From contig OZ024740.1 of assembly GCA_964016885.1 (NCBI GenBank), positions 385,082,001-385,146,000 on the forward strand: 64,000 nt of DNA, read 5' to 3'. How positions within the stretch are numbered: position 1 is the first letter of the stretch; every line of letters starts with the position of its first letter. Position numbers and translations under genes: made by a program. Below are positions 58,499 to 64,000 of the stretch, piece after piece. This DNA is from Eledone cirrhosa (taxonomy: Eukaryota). The notes below the pieces were generated by a model that saw nothing but the letters and a program-made list of their open reading frames with translations, had not been told where the DNA came from and did not search any database.

Positions 58499-59924
58499 TG
58501 TATGCAGTTTGGTATTAGTAAGTGTGGAGTCATTGTGATGAGGAGGGGTAGGTTGAGCAGAAGTAACGGAATCCAGATACCAACAGGTGAGATGATAAAG
58601 GAAATTGACTCTGAGGAAGGATACAAGTATTTGGGCGTTCTGGAGGCTGATGGCATAAAGAACAAAAAAATGAAGGAATTGTTAAGAACTGAATACATTC
58701 GGAGAGTAAGGAGCGTATTGAAGTCACATCTGAACAGCAGAAATTCCATAAGCGCAGTAAATTCCCGAGCTGTGTCTATTATTAGGTACAGTGCGGGAAT
58801 TCTGAGATGGAATGTTGCTGAACAAAAAGAAATGCATAGGAAGACTAGGAAGCTATTGACTATCTACAACATGTTCCACAAGAGGAGTGATGTCGATAGA
58901 CTTTACCTAAGGAGATCTGAGGGTGGAAGAGGTCTTATCAGCATAGAGGACTGTGTTCAGATGGAGAAAAACAACCTACACAAATACGTGACTGATAGTA
59001 AGGAGCCAATGCCCAGAACTGTACTGAAGGAGGGGACAATAGGCCAGGGGATGTCCAAGGAGGAAATAACATCAAGGAGAAAGAGCAGCCTTCAGGAAAA
59101 ATCCCTTCATAGTACCTTCTTTAAGAAAACTAAATTTAGAGATCCACAGACATGGAACTGGTTAAGAAGAGGAGACCTTAAAAAGGCTACAGAAGGAATG
59201 TTAATGGCTGCGCTGGAGCAGGCCCTCAAAACGAAGTGGTTGAAACACCATATTTACAAGGAGGAGGCTAGCCCACTGTGCAGGATATGTGGAGAGAGAG
59301 AGGAGACTGTTGCTCACATTGTGTCCGAGTGTAAACACCTAGCCCAGACCCACTATAAGGGCTGGAGACATGATGTGACGGGCAGGGTGATCCACTGGCA
59401 CCTATGCAAAGTAAACAATTTACCACATTCTGAGAAATGGTATGAGCATAAGCCAGAGGCGGTGATGGAGAACGATCAGGTGAAGGTGCTGTGGGATTTT
59501 AGGATACAGACGGACAAGAAACTGGAACACAATAGACCTGACCTGGTGGTTTTGGACAAAGAAAAAAGATCGTGCCTGATTGTGGATGTGGCCTGCCCAT
59601 TCGACACGAGAGTGCAAGAGAAGGAGAGGGAGAAAATTAACCGATACCAGGACTTAAAGTGGGAGGTAAAAAGGATTTGGAACTGCCATGAAGTCAAAGT
59701 GATCCCGATTGTCATAGGCGCACTGGGGACTATCTCCAAAAGTTTCCAGGGATGGTTAAAGAAAATCGGCCCCTTCACGCTTTTTGGAACGCTTCAAAAG
59801 GCATGCTTGCTGGGAACAGCAAGAACCCTCCGATACGTCCTGAATATCTGAGGCTGCAGGTAGTGGCTTGATATTCATTCCAACGGACTTTCCAGTTAAC
59901 TAACATCAATGACTGAGATTCAAG

Positions 59925-59926
<2 letters not shown>
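58499..59926 (+). mobile_element. R4/Dong-like element family 2, 5'-truncated (449-aa open frame 58502-59851)
   Basis: FGISKC, YKYLG, GGRGL, CRICG..ETVAHIVSEC, RHD, HNRPDLVV..IVDVACP..EKINRYQDL; (TAA)n on both sides. Confidence 0.95.
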
Positions 59927-59958
<32 letters not shown>

Positions 59959-60046
59959 TGTTTCTACGTTAGGCACAAGGCCAGCAATTACCCTGTGTAT
60001 GACTGGTACTTTATTTTGTAAAGATGAAAATAATAATAATAATAAT

Positions 60047-61578
60047 GATCTCTTTATTGGCCACAAGGGCTGACATCGAGAAAAACATTACAGACGGCAC
60101 AGGACGGTAAAGGACGGTACGATGTGGGTTTTGTACGTGTAAAGATTATTTATATAAGAAAATAAAAAAAAATACATAGAAACATATATATATATAAACA
60201 ATAAAAATGAAAATTGAAACAAGGAAAAATTCCCCAATAGGGGGGAAACCTCTGAGGGTTACTCGTGGCGAAAACCACACAGAAGACCACGGCCACCCTG
60301 ACCAGCAGGGCAAGCGCCCTCTCTCAATTTTTCCATTTTCCATTTCTCAAGCTACAGGGGTATATTCACTCGGACCATTCTCGCTACATTCACCCACCTT
60401 TCAACAAACTTGCTAGAAGGCAGCACTTGCCTCTCCGCCCTGATTTTCCTCTTCAAATGAAACTTGAAAAAGTTAATTAGGGATTCGCCGAACAGGAAAG
60501 TATCTGTCTTTAACCCTTTCAACCATGTCCACCACACATTCTCTTTCGCCATGGTCACCAGGCAGATGAAAACCACCTGCCCTTCCTCCTCGAAGGAAGA
60601 CGGCGAGACCATCTGCACAATGGACTCAGTCGATAACCGGATCAGTCCTACACGCGACAGCAACTGTTCGACATAGCTCCACAAGTCAGCAATGCTCGGG
60701 CACTGAACGAATGCGTGCACGACGGTTTCGTCGCTCTGCGCGCATCTCGGACATGGCTGACGGCACTTCCGTGCCTGTAGAGCTTATCTCGAGCCGGCAA
60801 CGCTCCCCGGTAGCACTGCCAGGCCAGGGATTTTTGGAAATTATCCATAGGCCCTGGGCTGAAAGTTCTCCGGAAGAGAGCAAACAGCTGATCTTCTTCG
60901 ACGCCCAGGATCTCTCCGAGAACGTCGTTGCACTTCCCCTCCACTAGTCCTCTATAGAACGCCGAGGTGGATGTTACACCGATACAGGTACCTAGCTGGC
61001 AGAGGGCAGTGGGCGCCTGGAGACATTCCAGTTTCCAAGCGCTATCCCTCGGTCTTTTCCTGACTATGACTGCAGCTCCGTCAATGAGACCAGCTGTGGG
61101 AAAACGTGCCTGGAAAACGGCGACCACACCTGTTCAGTGTCAAGGAAGCACCAGAGATGTTGCAGCCTCAGCGCATGTTTGCGCAGCATCAGCCATGGTA
61201 TGCCCAGTCCTCCACGCAACGGGTGTTGACAGTAGATGGATCGTCTGACCATGGCAGCGCGTCCCTTCCACAAAAAGCGGAAGAGGAGGCGCTTCATTTT
61301 GGTGATAGTTTGGTCGGGGCAAAGGACGACGGTGAGGCGGCAGCAGATGACGGAAGCGATGTACGCATTCGCCACCTCCGCCCGGCCTTTCAGGGACAGC
61401 TACCTCTCGGTCCATTTCTGGGTGAGGGAGGCCACCTTGCTCGTCACCTCGCTCCAGTTTTTCTCCATTTGGAGGTCCGGTCCGAACCAGACCCCGAGCA
61501 ATTTAACCGGTCCGTGCGTCCAGCGCCCGACGACGCTGTCGGACGGTATGTACTTGCCTCTGCAGGTGCCGAGCTGCA
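60047..61578 (-). mobile_element. Tx1/L1-like non-LTR element, disrupted 3' part
   Basis: KLLGVWFG, ANAYIASVI..RFLWKG..GGLG, HAFVQCP CCHC remnant; aataaa then (ATT)n at the 3' end. Confidence 0.85.
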
Positions 61579-61750
61579 ACACAAGGCCAGCAATTATCAA
61601 GTACATTACTGATACTTTATTTTATCGACCGCGTAAGGATAAAAGGCAAAGTTGACCTCGGCGGGATTTGAAATCAGAATGGAAAGGTCCGTAATTCTAT
61701 GCGTCAAAGAATGACGTCCGACCCTCTACCAATACTGCCAATCCACTGCC
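61579..61750 (-). mobile_element. SINE (same family as 3697)
   Basis: Sequence similarity. Confidence 0.85.
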
Positions 61751-61767
61751 CTAATAATAATAATAAT

Positions 61768-64000
61768 GCTTTCTTTATTAACCACAAGGGGTTACACATT
61801 AAAGACAATACAGGACGGTACAGATGGGCATTTCTGCGTGTAAAAAAAAACAAAAACAGAAGATGTAACAAAAAAGAAACAATGAAAAATTCCCCAATAG
61901 GGGGGAGACATCCGAGGGACATTCGTGGAGAAAGCCCTTTAAAAAAAGCCATGGTGACACTGACCACCAAGGCAAGTGCCCTCTTCCAGTTTTCCACCTT
62001 CAATTTGCAGGCACGTACTCAGAGTAGGCCCATTCACACGGGGCATTCTTGCCTCTCTCACCCATCTTTCAACAAAATGCTGGGAAGAGATCACTTCCCT
62101 TTCTACCCTGATTTTCCTGATAAAGTTAATCAGGGCATCACCGAAGAAATAAGTGCTCGTCTTCAGCCCTTTCAAACGCATCCACCATACTATCTCTTTC
62201 GCCATGGCCACAAGACAGATAAAAACTGCCTACCCTTCCGGGCTAAAGGAAGTGGGCGGGGAAATCCTCACGATGGACACAGCTGATAGCCGGATCCGTC
62301 CTACACGCGACAGCAGGTGTTCGACATAAACCCACAAGTCAGCAATGCTCGGACTCTGGACGAGTGCGTGTAGGACGGTTTCGTCACCCTGCACGCATCT
62401 CGGACATACCCGTCTGACGGCACCTACATGCCTGTAGATTTTATCCCAAACTGGCAAAGCTCCGCGGCAACACTGCCAGTCCAGGGATTTCTGGAAATTG
62501 TCCATAAGCCCTGGCCCGAAATTTCTTCCGAAGAGATTGGCTAGTTGATTTTCGTCGACGCCTAGATTTTCCCCAAGTACGTCGTCGCTCTTCCCCTCCA
62601 CTAATCCTCTATAGAACGCTAAGGTGGAGTTTCCACCGATCACATTGGCCGACTGGTCGAGGGCTGTGAGCGCCTGAAGACATTCCAGTTTCCAAGCGCT
62701 CCCTCTCGGTCTTCGCTTGACCCAGCACTGCAGCTCCGACAGGAGATGAGCTGGGTAAAGACCAGTCTAGCAAACGGCGACCACACCTGATCACCGTCGA
62801 GGAAGAGGTGGAGATGTCACAGCCTGAGCGCATGTCTGCGCATTATCAGCCACGACATGCCCAGCCCTCCACGTAGCGGGTATTAACAGCAGATGGACCA
62901 CCTGACCATCGGAGCGCGTCCCTTCCACAAAAAGCGAAAGAGCAAACGCTCCAGCGTAGTCAGGTGAGGCTTAGTACAAGGCACGACGGTCAGGCGGTAG
63001 TAGATGACGGACGCGATGTACGCATTCGCCACCTCCGCTCGACCTTTCAGGGATAAATTCCTCTCCGCCCATTTCTGGGTGAGAGAAGCCACCCTGCTCG
63101 TCACCTCGTCCCAGTTTGTCTGTCTGGATATCCAGACCGAACCAGACCCTTAGCAATTTAACCGGTCAGCCGTCCAGCACCGGACGACGCTATTGGACGG
63201 CATGGACCTACCTCTCCAGGTGCCGAGCTTCAGGCCTGCCTACTTTTCCTGGTTGATCATTGCTCCTATCACCGATTCGTAATCTCTCAGCGTAGTGCCG
63301 ATTGCCTCGATGTGTTTGCCGTTCGACACCACTACGGTGACATCGTGCGCATATGCTGACTCGGATCTTCCGCATCCTAGTTCGCGCGGGACCCCCATCA
63401 ACGTCTCCAGTTTGTTCAGTAATGGCTCGAGAGTCAATACGTACTAGAGGAACGAGAGGGGACATCCTTGACGGACCGAGCGCATGATGTTGAACGGTTC
63501 CGAAAGGTGACCATTCACTCTCACCACAGAGCAAATATCGCTGTGCACGGCAGCGATCCAGCCTCTGAAGGCCGGCCCAAAGCCAGCCGCCCGTGGGACT
63601 GCCGCCAGATAACGATGGTCGACCCTATCGAAAGCTTTCGACTGATCTAAATTGATCAAGGACCCATCCGTGCCAGGTTCCCTAGCTACCCTCTCTACGA
63701 TGTATCGCATGAGGTGGAGGTTGTCGTGGATGGATCTGTCTGGCAAGGCGCATGTCTGCGCCTCTCCCACCAGACCACCAACCACAAGCGCCAACCTCTT
63801 TTCTAGCACCTTGGCCAAAATCTTAAACTCTGTGTTTAGCAGAGTTATGGGCCTAAAATGATCTATGTTATCCCCCTTGTTCGGATCCTTTCTCAGCAGC
63901 GCCACCGCTCCTCGGCTCACAGAGTTGGGAATTCTCCCGTTCTGTTGCCAGTTGCAGTAGATGTCCGCCAAGAGGCCTTCGAACAAGTCTGGCATCTGTA
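61768..64000 (-). mobile_element. Tx1/L1-like non-LTR element, disrupted, runs off the window
   Basis: FRPITLLNTEFKILAKVL, LDQSKAFDRVDH, VRQGCPLS, AYAHDV, CPRC..ETVLHALV; aataaa + (ATT)n 3' end. Confidence 0.92.

Noticed and set aside
60686-62286. Plus-strand ORFs over the Tx1 elements
   Set aside because: Antisense shadows of GC-rich retrotransposon coding sequence

Overview
Eukaryotic, AT-rich, microsatellite-laden repetitive DNA with no host gene that I can support. The SINE family suggests an octopod cephalopod (inference from recollection, not from a search). The window is almost entirely retroelements. It holds one apparently intact Naiad-type Penelope-like element (PLE; RT + GIY-YIG ORF, two ~1.04-kb pseudo-LTRs, inverted 5' piece) and many decayed Naiad- and Neptune-type PLEs sitting in (TA)n tracts. 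It also holds a nested cluster of R4/Dong-type and Tx1/L1-type non-LTR elements in (TAA)n tracts, a bipartite RTE-derived element, tRNA-derived SINEs and a non-autonomous Helitron. The most striking signal is more than 20 hammerhead ribozyme (HHR) motifs read by eye, some of them degenerate. They include a U3-A8 core variant, forms with very long stem II, and family-specific palindromic stem III. Several occur in short, ORF-less, partially tandem ~445-bp and ~524-bp units that copy the PLE insertion architecture (retrozyme-like elements), and one pair lies back-to-back in a perfect 426-bp palindrome. Coordinates were counted by hand, and the edges of decayed elements are approximate.
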